DNA of 64,000 bases from Acholeplasmataceae bacterium (lineage in GTDB: Bacteria > Bacillota_I > Bacilli_A > Acholeplasmatales > Acholeplasmataceae), in NCBI GenBank assembly GCA_963667565.1, contig OY763415.1, positions 928,001-992,000 of the forward strand, in the 5' to 3' direction. Shown here one piece after another: positions 1 to 7,826 of this stretch. The notes beneath the pieces are model-generated. The model saw only the letters and a list, made by a program, of their open reading frames with translations, was not told where the DNA came from and did not search any database. The translations under genes and the position numbers were made by a program. Positions within the stretch are counted from its first letter, which is position 1. Each line of letters opens with the position of its first letter.

Positions 1-1
1 T

Positions 2-199
2 TCAATTGATATCAAAAGACCGAATGAAAAGGATTCTGATGTAATCCCAGTAACTCTAACAGATGGTTTGATGGAAAGTGTTCTAGGTTATCTTACCGAA
101 GGTTCTACAATAGGAGTTAAAGCATCACTCAATATCGATAACAATATCTTAAGGATAGTTGGAGATAAAGTAACATTTATCGATACAAAAAATGAATAA
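2..199 (+). CDS. 5'-truncated short single-stranded-DNA-binding (OB-fold)-like protein
   Basis: Open frame SIDIKRPNEKDSDVIPVTL...YLTEGSTIGVKASL...RIVGDKVTFI to TAA at 197-199; pattern resembles an SSB core without acidic tail. Confidence 0.55.
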   Translation, partial: SIDIKRPNEKDSDVIPVTLTDGLMESVLGYLTEGSTIGVKASLNIDNNILRIVGDKVTFIDTKNE

Positions 200-220
200 G
201 GAATCAAACTCATAAACATG

Positions 221-250
221 GCCACACCGGTAAAATGGTGTGGCTTTTTT
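221..250 (+). terminator. Intrinsic terminator
   Basis: GCCACACC/GGTGTGGC stem followed by T-run. Confidence 0.85.
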
Positions 251-298
251 TGTATTTTTATAATTAAGAAAATATGTTATAATTTTACTTAAGAGGAT
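250..298 (+). promoter_or_regulatory. Promoter block with extended -10 (TGnTATAAT 275-283), also present upstream of the paralog at 44643
   Basis: ttgtatttttataattaaga-N4-atgttataattttac shared with reverse complement of ~44651-44699. Confidence 0.7.
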
Positions 299-316
299 AT
301 CTAGGGAGAACACAAC

Positions 317-811
317 ATGGATAATTACGAAGTTGCGATCAATGGTACGACTTTAGCTGCACGAATTCTAGGTATAGAAACTCCTGACGTGCAGTTTTTT
401 TATAATCAAGATATGACAGAAAAAGGAATTAATTCTATCTTCTTAAAAGAAAGATATATCATAGCATTTAACGAAGAGTGGATAGAGCAAGCAAAACCAA
501 TGGAGATTCAAGTTACATGCTTTCATGAAACTAGACATGCATTTCAATGGAAGTTGATAACAAGAGAGTATCAAGGTGAAAGCAATATTGATTCAAAAAC
601 TATTCAGATTTGGAAAGAGGAAATGAATAGTTATAATTCACCTACAAAAAAAGATATCCCAGAAGAAGAATATCTTAAACAAAAAATTGAAATAGATGCA
701 ATTTCATTTGCTCATTTTCATATTAAGAAACTATATAATGTTAAGAGTATAATACCGGAATGCATTACGAATGAGGTGGCTTTAAAACTAGATTGTTTTC
801 GAGAGGTGTAA
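317..811 (+). CDS. Zincin-type metallopeptidase-like protein (ImmA/IrrE-like superfamily)
   Basis: HETRH motif plus downstream EIDA; paralog at 44167-44643. Confidence 0.7.
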   Translation: MDNYEVAINGTTLAARILGIETPDVQFFYNQDMTEKGINSIFLKERYIIAFNEEWIEQAKPMEIQVTCFHETRHAFQWKLITREYQGESNIDSKTIQIWKEEMNSYNSPTKKDIPEEEYLKQKIEIDAISFAHFHIKKLYNVKSIIPECITNEVALKLDCFREV

Positions 812-814
812 AGT

Positions 815-1789
815 ATGTTAAACATTGGATTGATTGTATTAATATCAATAGATTTTTTGCTTTTGTTTATTGGCAAAATCATATTCTATTTGCATGCTTT
901 TAAGGTGTTTAGTTTTAAAGATTTTATTCAGAAGATTCAAAGTGCAGTTCCGGATAAAATCAAAAACGAAGAACAAGAAGAAGATATAACTGATAATGCA
1001 ATAGAAGTTGATGAAAAGAAACGGAATATATTACAGAAGGTATGGCATGTCTTTTTACAAGGATCACTATTTACTCTTAAATTAACTGGAGCAATTATTT
1101 TAATTTGTATAGCAATAGCCATAATTATACTTAGTATTGCTATCCCTACAGCAAGTATATGGGGAACGATTCTGATTGCGATATATTTTGAATTACTCTA
1201 TGCAATACTTTTCCTGTTTGCGATGAGACTTATAAACTTTCTTTTGGGTTTAGGGATGTTAAAACTAGCAAAAGTAGATAAAAAAAGAACACAAAGAATA
1301 TTGATTATGGACGCAATACAATTTACAATGCTGAGTTTACTGATTTTTCTGGCAGCATTTGGTTACCCTCTTGACGTAGAAAGTATGATTGTGATACCTT
1401 TTGAGTGGAATATAACGCTTAATAACTTGCTTTCTATTGTTATACCGATGTTATTCTATGCATTATTGATTACGAATATATTTGCATTAGCTATTCGTTT
1501 CAAAAATATTTTCACAAAAGATGTAAACAAACATAGAATCATTCGTTTACACCAGTTGCTATTTATATTTATCGCTTCATGTTTCTTTGGAATTTTGTAT
1601 ATCACGGATATTGACTTGAGTTTTATGACTGAGTTGGAAAGAACAATGTATTTACAGACACTTGAAGTAGTTAAATGGATTATAACTTCTGTGTTTATTC
1701 CATTATTTATATATACACTTAATAATTTTAAAAAAACTACAAATAAAGTTTTTAAACGACCTACAAGAAGAACGAGAAGGCGTTATTGA
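815..1789 (+). CDS. Multi-pass membrane protein, unknown function
   Basis: About 7 hydrophobic segments, acidic loop, Arg-rich C-terminus. Confidence 0.7.
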   Translation: MLNIGLIVLISIDFLLLFIGKIIFYLHAFKVFSFKDFIQKIQSAVPDKIKNEEQEEDITDNAIEVDEKKRNILQKVWHVFLQGSLFTLKLTGAIILICIAIAIIILSIAIPTASIWGTILIAIYFELLYAILFLFAMRLINFLLGLGMLKLAKVDKKRTQRILIMDAIQFTMLSLLIFLAAFGYPLDVESMIVIPFEWNITLNNLLSIVIPMLFYALLITNIFALAIRFKNIFTKDVNKHRIIRLHQLLFIFIASCFFGILYITDIDLSFMTELERTMYLQTLEVVKWIITSVFIPLFIYTLNNFKKTTNKVFKRPTRRTRRRY

Positions 1790-1803
1790 GAAAGGAGTTT
1801 CTA

Positions 1804-2478
1804 ATGAATAGAAGTGAGTTGGATTCTTTAAAGAATGAGTTAAAACAAATCTATGACAGAAGAATAGAGGTAAAAAATCAGACAGGATTTTTAGATCAAA
1901 ATCAGATACCCAGTGGCAAGAAAGTCTATAATATTGAAACGTCTTTAATGTTTATTGACATCAGAAGTTCGACAATACTAACTGATGCAATAGGCCGCAA
2001 AAATATGGTAAAAATTTATCAGATGTATACCAAACTTTGTAAGAAAGCCATCAATGATAATAATGGTATAATTCTTCAAATTGTTGGTGATGGGATTTTA
2101 TGTGCATTTACAAATGATTCAACAGGAAATTCTGGCCAACGTGCAGTTGATGCCGCAATTACAATCAACACATATATTGCTGAATCAATGAATCCATTAC
2201 TAGATAGTGATTGGGAAATAAGTTGCGGTATAGGTATTAGAACTGGACATGTTTATGTAACTAGGTTAACTACCGATAATGGAAGTGAAGTAGCCTATCC
2301 AAGTGACATTACAAACTATGCATCAAAGTTTTGCGGATTAGCACAAAAGAATCAAGTTATTATTGATGCTAAAACACATGAGCATCTTGATAGAAAATAT
2401 AAAGGATATTGTGAACCTTATCCATCAAGTATGCAAAATACATATATAATTAAGGAGGCAACATGGGAGATTCAGTAA
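1804..2478 (+). CDS. pycC: Class III nucleotide cyclase, Pycsar PycC-like
   Basis: FIDIRSST and VGDG metal-binding motifs, GIGIRTG, TNYASKF; AAGGAG RBS before ATG 1804; overlaps a PycTM-like effector. Confidence 0.85.
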   Translation: MNRSELDSLKNELKQIYDRRIEVKNQTGFLDQNQIPSGKKVYNIETSLMFIDIRSSTILTDAIGRKNMVKIYQMYTKLCKKAINDNNGIILQIVGDGILCAFTNDSTGNSGQRAVDAAITINTYIAESMNPLLDSDWEISCGIGIRTGHVYVTRLTTDNGSEVAYPSDITNYASKFCGLAQKNQVIIDAKTHEHLDRKYKGYCEPYPSSMQNTYIIKEATWEIQ

Positions 2479-2987
2479 AAAAAGTATTTGATAAAGATAC
2501 TTCATTTAGAACACTAGAAGTTGTAAACTCATGGATTACAGCTGCAGATAATAAATCTTCTATCTTGCTTGCATTCTTGGGTTTGATTATTGGGTTTTCA
2601 GCAAGCACATACGGGAATTTAGCAAATTTAGTAGTTAATGGAAGTAATATTCAAATTACATTAATAATTGTATTTGGGATTATTTATGCTATTGTCTTAG
2701 GATTCACAATATTTCATTTAATATCTGTTTTCATAGCAAGAACAAATAAAGTGGATTACTTTTCTGAAAACCTAGTATCGTTTGTTTCAATTGCCAAGAT
2801 GGAGAGTACAGATTATATCAATTCTGCAAACAAAGTAAATGAAGATACATTATCTGAGATGATTCTTTCTCAAATTAGTATTAATTCAAAAATAGCAAAA
2901 AGAAAGTTGATCCATTTTAATAATGCTTTGAAGTTTGGATTAGCACTTATACCTTTAACTATTTTACTCATGATAGTAGCTGGTTAG
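2463..2987 (+). CDS. pycTM: Pycsar transmembrane effector
   Basis: WITAADNKSSILL N-terminal motif, TM helices, QI..NSKIA..K C-terminal motif, directly after cyclase. Confidence 0.85.
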   Translation: MGDSVKKVFDKDTSFRTLEVVNSWITAADNKSSILLAFLGLIIGFSASTYGNLANLVVNGSNIQITLIIVFGIIYAIVLGFTIFHLISVFIARTNKVDYFSENLVSFVSIAKMESTDYINSANKVNEDTLSEMILSQISINSKIAKRKLIHFNNALKFGLALIPLTILLMIVAG

Positions 2988-2992
2988 TGTAA

Positions 2993-3778
2993 ATGAGAAA
3001 CTTTACATTTGACAATGAAGATAACATCCTAGCTTATTATCGTGATCCGGATAATCGTCCGTTAGCATTTCCTCAATCTGATGATATATGGAAAATATTT
3101 CAATCAACGAATGATGAAGAATTATGGAAGACTTGGAAAAATAGTTCTTCAAAATCAGATCTGCCACCAGATTTCTATAATGATGATCTTGAACTCATGA
3201 TGGAAGTTATGAGATTTGATGATCAAGCAACTAATAGTGGTAAGACTCATGCTACTAAAGCTAAAGAGAATCAGATGTTAGAACAATTAAGAGATTTAGG
3301 TGTGAAAGAGGATTTTCCTAAGCTAAAACAAATATTATTATTAGGCAATAGTGATTTATCTACAGATGAAGATCATAATTTTGCCAGATATAGAGATAAT
3401 TTTGCTAGAGTTGTTTTAAAGCATGCAATGAAAGCAGAGCAATACAGAAAAAATCATCCTGGTTACAAGTTAATCTTCTTTGTTTTCGATGAAACCTCAG
3501 GTGTATATTTTGAAAGAGGAAGGCAGAAAAAAAGTATCTTGGTAAAAGGTACTAATCTACTTGCAAGAACTCACATGTATTGGGCAGATAGTGTACTTGT
3601 AAATACAATCACAAAGAGTCAAGCTGATTATTTAATATGGTTTAAGCCGCATAACAGCTTTGAAACTCCTGATGGAATCAATGACGATCTTCCAAAAATT
3701 ATGATATATGATATTAAAAATATGAGAATTAGTACAGATAATTATTCTGTCGAAAATATGATTAGTTCAGAATACTAA
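2993..3778 (+). CDS. Hypothetical protein, possible restriction-endonuclease-like (PD-D/ExK) fold
   Basis: PPDF...MEVM and LIFFVFDE patterns; last gene of Pycsar operon. Confidence 0.4.
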   Translation: MRNFTFDNEDNILAYYRDPDNRPLAFPQSDDIWKIFQSTNDEELWKTWKNSSSKSDLPPDFYNDDLELMMEVMRFDDQATNSGKTHATKAKENQMLEQLRDLGVKEDFPKLKQILLLGNSDLSTDEDHNFARYRDNFARVVLKHAMKAEQYRKNHPGYKLIFFVFDETSGVYFERGRQKKSILVKGTNLLARTHMYWADSVLVNTITKSQADYLIWFKPHNSFETPDGINDDLPKIMIYDIKNMRISTDNYSVENMISSEY

Positions 3779-3808
3779 AACAAGCAGTAATATTTTCTAG
3801 TTATATTG

Positions 3809-3844
3809 AAAAGGCATTTCCCCTCAGGAAGATGCCTCTTTTTT
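3809..3844. terminator. Probable bidirectional terminator between convergent genes
   Basis: AGGCAT-TTCC/GGAA-G-ATGCCT stem with flanking A and T runs. Confidence 0.55.
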
Positions 3845-4753
3845 GTTTTTCCAGTATTTTATTTCAAAGTCGTGGATATCTAGGTTGAACTGATGACTTA
3901 TTAAATCACGTATTTTATTGACTAAAGAATCTTGAGAACTAATTTCTAAAGTGTTAATGCATAAATGGATTTCTTTATCTCGCTCTTCACTAAGTTCTAG
4001 TTTATTAAAATAGTAAGCTTTAAGATAATATAAATGTGAAAGTAGATAAAAGTGGTGATATTGAGAAGATAACTTGACACCGATATTACACAAATCAATA
4101 GCTTGATAGTATTGATTATTTGATCCGTGTATCCTAATGACAGTATATAAAACGATTAAATAAAAATCCAGTGAATCTAAGTCGTTAATCTCATAAGTCT
4201 TGAGTGCTTCTGATAGTTTGTTGATGACTATGACACTATCAGAATCGTTTAAATCAGTGTTAATATTTGATAAAATAATCATTTCATAAAGAGATAGAAT
4301 TTCATATGACATTAATTCATTAAAATTAATGAGTTTTTTGACTTGTTCAATATAATGATATTTTGTTATTTTTTTACGTTTATAATCAAATAATAGCGTA
4401 CAAAATCTTAACAGCATTCTATCTGTTTTTTCTATTAGTATAGATTTATTTAATTCTTGTAATTTTATATCTAACCCATCCAAATGGTCGCTCAACAACT
4501 TATTATATAAGTTTTGAACGACCTTTTTTTCTTTTTTAGATGTGTCTAGATAAAACTTAAGAACTTCTTCAATATTCATGTTTAACCTCTCTATGAGTGA
4601 AAAAAATATTCCTGATGGCATACTAGATGATCCAGATAAGTATCTTCTATATTGTCTTACATCACAAACATCATTCACAAATTTTTCTTGACTCTTATAA
4701 CCTCTTGCAACGCGTAATCTCTCTAATATGATAATACCTTCATCTATTAACAT
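3824..4753 (-). CDS. Rgg/RRNPP-family regulator (XRE HTH + TPR-like helices), copy 1
   Basis: LRVARGYKSQEKF...VRQYRRYLSG HTH, helical C-terminus, ~310 aa; GGGAGG RBS before ATG 4753. Confidence 0.85.
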   Translation of the reverse strand: MLIDEGIIILERLRVARGYKSQEKFVNDVCDVRQYRRYLSGSSSMPSGIFFSLIERLNMNIEEVLKFYLDTSKKEKKVVQNLYNKLLSDHLDGLDIKLQELNKSILIEKTDRMLLRFCTLLFDYKRKKITKYHYIEQVKKLINFNELMSYEILSLYEMIILSNINTDLNDSDSVIVINKLSEALKTYEINDLDSLDFYLIVLYTVIRIHGSNNQYYQAIDLCNIGVKLSSQYHHFYLLSHLYYLKAYYFNKLELSEERDKEIHLCINTLEISSQDSLVNKIRDLISHQFNLDIHDFEIKYWKNKKEASS

Positions 4754-4768
4754 AGTCCCTCCCAAATA

Positions 4769-4818
4769 TCAAGGATAAAATTGTCCTGTTTTGTTTGTAT
4801 AGCAAAAGTTATCCTTGA
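4769..4818. promoter_or_regulatory. Inverted repeat in the divergent promoter, candidate Rgg operator
   Basis: TCAAGGATAA (4769-4778) / TTATCCTTGA (4809-4818). Confidence 0.5.
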
Positions 4819-4843
4819 ACTATACCGAGAAAGGAGGATACAT

Positions 4844-5011
4844 ATGAAAAAGATTATGCTTGTTCTGCTGATTTTATCTGCAGCAATGACACTTTCATTG
4901 AGTGCTAACGATAAGCCGGAAAATTTAGAAATATCATCAGAAAGTCAATTGATAACACTAGATGGAGATGGTTTAGGTGGAGCACCTATTAATGGTGTAG
5001 TAGAAGGATAA
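4844..5011 (+). CDS. Secreted 55-aa propeptide, putative signalling pheromone precursor
   Basis: AAGGAGG RBS; MKKIMLVLLILSAAMTLSLSA signal peptide + acidic/Gly-rich tail; divergent from Rgg. Confidence 0.75.
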   Translation: MKKIMLVLLILSAAMTLSLSANDKPENLEISSESQLITLDGDGLGGAPINGVVEG

Positions 5012-5145
5012 AGAATAAAATGTGTGCAAATTCTATTTTTGATTTGTCTTTATGTATAGAGATAAAAAAATTAGAAAGGGCAACACCAGGTGTATTACCT
5101 ATCCAAAGGGGAAATCGTGTTGATTGAAGAAAATATCTTCAAGGG

Positions 5146-5697
5146 TTGGATAAAACATCACGTCTGGTCATCATATGTATAAATATGGGAATGGAAAGGA
5201 TACTAAAAAAATATGAGAATTTGATGATTATTATCATAAATCAATTAGGTGTAGGAAATTATGATTTTAGAGAAGATCTTAAACAAGAATTAAGATTGCA
5301 CTTGTTTGTTTTGTATAAAAAAGGGATTTTCGATTCGAAAATCAATAACATTGATAATTATGTATTTACTGCTTTGAGAAGAAAAGCAATTAATGTTTTA
5401 AAAAGTGAAAAAAGACAGCAATATGCATCATTAAATCAAAAAAATGATACCTCAGAAACAGAATATTTAAATTTGCTTTTTTACAATGAGGAAAGTCATC
5501 AAAATATAGAGTTATTTGAAAATATTATAGCATATATGTCTCAAAACCTAAATGATAAAGAGCAAAATCTCATTAACCTTTATTTTTTTATGAATATGAC
5601 ATTTGATGAAATTGGTAAAAGTTTTAACGTATCAAGAGAAACAATCAGACGAAGAGTCAACAAAGCAATAGCAAAGATAAGGAGGTGGTACAAATGA
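5146..5697 (+). CDS. Alternative sigma-70 family factor (regions 2 and 4); start uncertain (ATG 5185/5191 possible)
   Basis: EDLKQE region 2; LNDKEQ...MTFDEIGKSFNVSRETIRRRVNKAIAKIR region 4. Confidence 0.85.
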   Translation: MDKTSRLVIICINMGMERILKKYENLMIIIINQLGVGNYDFREDLKQELRLHLFVLYKKGIFDSKINNIDNYVFTALRRKAINVLKSEKRQQYASLNQKNDTSETEYLNLLFYNEESHQNIELFENIIAYMSQNLNDKEQNLINLYFFMNMTFDEIGKSFNVSRETIRRRVNKAIAKIRRWYK

Positions 5698-6080
5698 CAG
5701 AAGAAACAGAGTTAAACAAAACAAACCAACTCAATGATTTTGAAAAAGATAAAATAAAAAGTCTAAATCAATTTTTCATGAAGAGTATTACACATGGATT
5801 ATTATTTGCCTTTATACTTTTTATCATTACAGTTGGTTTGTTGTTGTTTACGATTATTGCTACAGACATGGATTCATCGGTAAGAATCACGATTATTTCC
5901 ATGGTAGCAACCTTTATTCTTACAAGTAGTAAAACGCTCATGGATAGAATAGTTGAAATTACAACGTATACAATGAGATTACTTGGAGAAGAACAACGGG
6001 GATTCAATAAGAAAATCGGTATAGAGGTTGACCCAGTTGAGTTTGAAGAATTGTCAGAAGAACAAAAAGATCAATCATAA
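5694..6080 (+). CDS. Small 2-TM membrane protein
   Basis: Two hydrophobic helices; GGAGG RBS; overlaps sigma stop. Confidence 0.7.
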   Translation: MTEETELNKTNQLNDFEKDKIKSLNQFFMKSITHGLLFAFILFIITVGLLLFTIIATDMDSSVRITIISMVATFILTSSKTLMDRIVEITTYTMRLLGEEQRGFNKKIGIEVDPVEFEELSEEQKDQS

Positions 6081-6098
6081 AGAAAAGAGGATAAAATA

Positions 6099-6923
6099 AT
6101 GAATAAAATTGATCAAATTGAAAAAGTAACAAGTTACAACGAGAAGATTAAACTTAACTTCATACGCTTTTTATTAAAAGAGGAAGTTTTTAGTTTCAAT
6201 GTCATTGAGAATCGAGATAATGATAGATTCGAAAACATATTAGATGCATATGAATGTTTTCTTGATGCCACATTAGACAAAGCAGCTATCAAAGCTGTAC
6301 TCAAAGCAGTAAATGGAAATGAAGCACAAATGGATACAAATTACATTGAAGAATTACTCACAAGTAATTTTGATGATTATTCAATATCAGATTGCATTAA
6401 TGTTTTTGTTGATATTGTGCAAAAACAAGTCTTCTATGAAAAAACTGAGGAAATGGGAAAATTGATTTTTAATAAATTACTTGAACTCAATGGATATTGT
6501 CCTGTTGTGTTTTATCCAAAACTCACAAGAAATCTTTTAGATCATATTCAATCAGGTTCGGCAGAAGAAATTATTGAGAAAATTTTCATAAAAATCATTT
6601 TTAGAACGATGAAACATTTAAATACAAAACGAATACTATTACAACAAGAAACTGTACTTGATCTGATTTTGCAACATGAGGAAATGATTAAACAAGTATA
6701 TCATGTAGATTCATTAGGCATATTTGGTTCGTTTGCTAGAAATAATCAAACCGAATATAGTGACATAGATGTTTGGATTAAAGTTAATCAAGAGTTTTCA
6801 AATGAAGATAAATATGCTTTAAGTGTGTTGCTTCAAACAGTTCTTGGGTTATACGTTGATTTAAGTGTATGGACAACTGAACTAGATGAAATGTTATTTC
6901 ATGATTCATTAACAGTGTTTTAA
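6099..6923 (+). CDS. Degenerate Fic-like domain fused to C-terminal minimal nucleotidyltransferase (MNT)
   Basis: GKLIFNKLLELNGYCPVVF resembles the Fic post-motif helix but HPFxDGNGR is absent; GIFGSFAR...SDIDV...VDL MNT motif. Confidence 0.7.
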   Translation: MNKIDQIEKVTSYNEKIKLNFIRFLLKEEVFSFNVIENRDNDRFENILDAYECFLDATLDKAAIKAVLKAVNGNEAQMDTNYIEELLTSNFDDYSISDCINVFVDIVQKQVFYEKTEEMGKLIFNKLLELNGYCPVVFYPKLTRNLLDHIQSGSAEEIIEKIFIKIIFRTMKHLNTKRILLQQETVLDLILQHEEMIKQVYHVDSLGIFGSFARNNQTEYSDIDVWIKVNQEFSNEDKYALSVLLQTVLGLYVDLSVWTTELDEMLFHDSLTVF

Positions 6924-6927
6924 GGCT

Positions 6928-7812
6928 ATGAAAGTAAAATTCGAAATAAATGATAAACTGTTTTATCGATTTATTGAGTTCATTAGTAAATTGAATCATA
7001 TTGATTTGACACATGAAAGTTTCAAGTTGATTTGTTTAAATCAATATACACCACAAACCAAGCAAGAACTACGGGTTAAAAGATTTGCAAACGCATTTAG
7101 ATATGTTGTAGACAATAGTCATTCAGACTTAACTTTAGAATTTTTAGATACTGTGCACTTCTTATTATTAGGTAGAAAAATGTCAAATAAGATTAAAAAA
7201 GATTTGCTTGAAAAATATTATCTAATTTATGATGATCATCCACAACTTAAAGCATCAAAGATTCATCTATTTATGATAGGACAAAAGTTGAAAATGAAAT
7301 CAGAACTAGCATTTCTGATAACAAACTATATTTTGATTAAGGATGAACTATTTCCAATCATTGTCTATCCAAATGATGCTAAAGTATACAAAGATGCAAT
7401 CAAAATTAGATTAGAAAATCCGAATCAATTCTATTTGTTTTTGTTACAAAACGAACACTTCATTAGAAAAACACATCAACATAAAATGATGAGTATAAAT
7501 GAACAAAAAACCAAAGATGAGGTTATTAGCATTCTAAAAAGCGAAACAAATACACTAAAAACTAAATATCATGTCAAAAAGTTATATCTCTATGGATCTT
7601 TTGCAAAAGAAACAGATACAGCAATTAGTGACATTGATATTCTTGTTGTATTAAATGACTACATGATTAATTATGAAAAATATGAGATCATGAAAAAAAT
7701 CAAGAAATATCTTTCTGAGATTATGGCTTATCGGTTAGATGTTATGGAATTTAGCCATGCACTTTCATCTCTTGAAATACATGAGATGACACATATTATA
7801 ACAATCATATAA
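6928..7812 (+). CDS. Second degenerate Fic-like + MNT fusion
   Basis: LTLEFLDTVHFLL and AFLITNYILIKDELFPIIVY Fic-like helices; YLYGSFAK...SDIDILV...LDV MNT motif. Confidence 0.7.
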   Translation: MKVKFEINDKLFYRFIEFISKLNHIDLTHESFKLICLNQYTPQTKQELRVKRFANAFRYVVDNSHSDLTLEFLDTVHFLLLGRKMSNKIKKDLLEKYYLIYDDHPQLKASKIHLFMIGQKLKMKSELAFLITNYILIKDELFPIIVYPNDAKVYKDAIKIRLENPNQFYLFLLQNEHFIRKTHQHKMMSINEQKTKDEVISILKSETNTLKTKYHVKKLYLYGSFAKETDTAISDIDILVVLNDYMINYEKYEIMKKIKKYLSEIMAYRLDVMEFSHALSSLEIHEMTHIITII

Positions 7813-7826
7813 AAGGAGAAAAAATT

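Noticed and set aside
4781..4843. Longer TTG/GTG starts in the ORF track (4781, 4765, 1786, 34371) and ATG 40119
   Set aside because: Downstream ATGs have clear RBSs; extensions overlap promoter/operator DNA
2..5697. Phytoplasma-type PMU (ssb + sigma factor)
   Set aside because: No tra5, dnaB, dnaG, tmk or hflB in view; resemblance superficial
6099..7812. Classical MNT-HEPN toxin-antitoxin
   Set aside because: No separate HEPN gene adjacent
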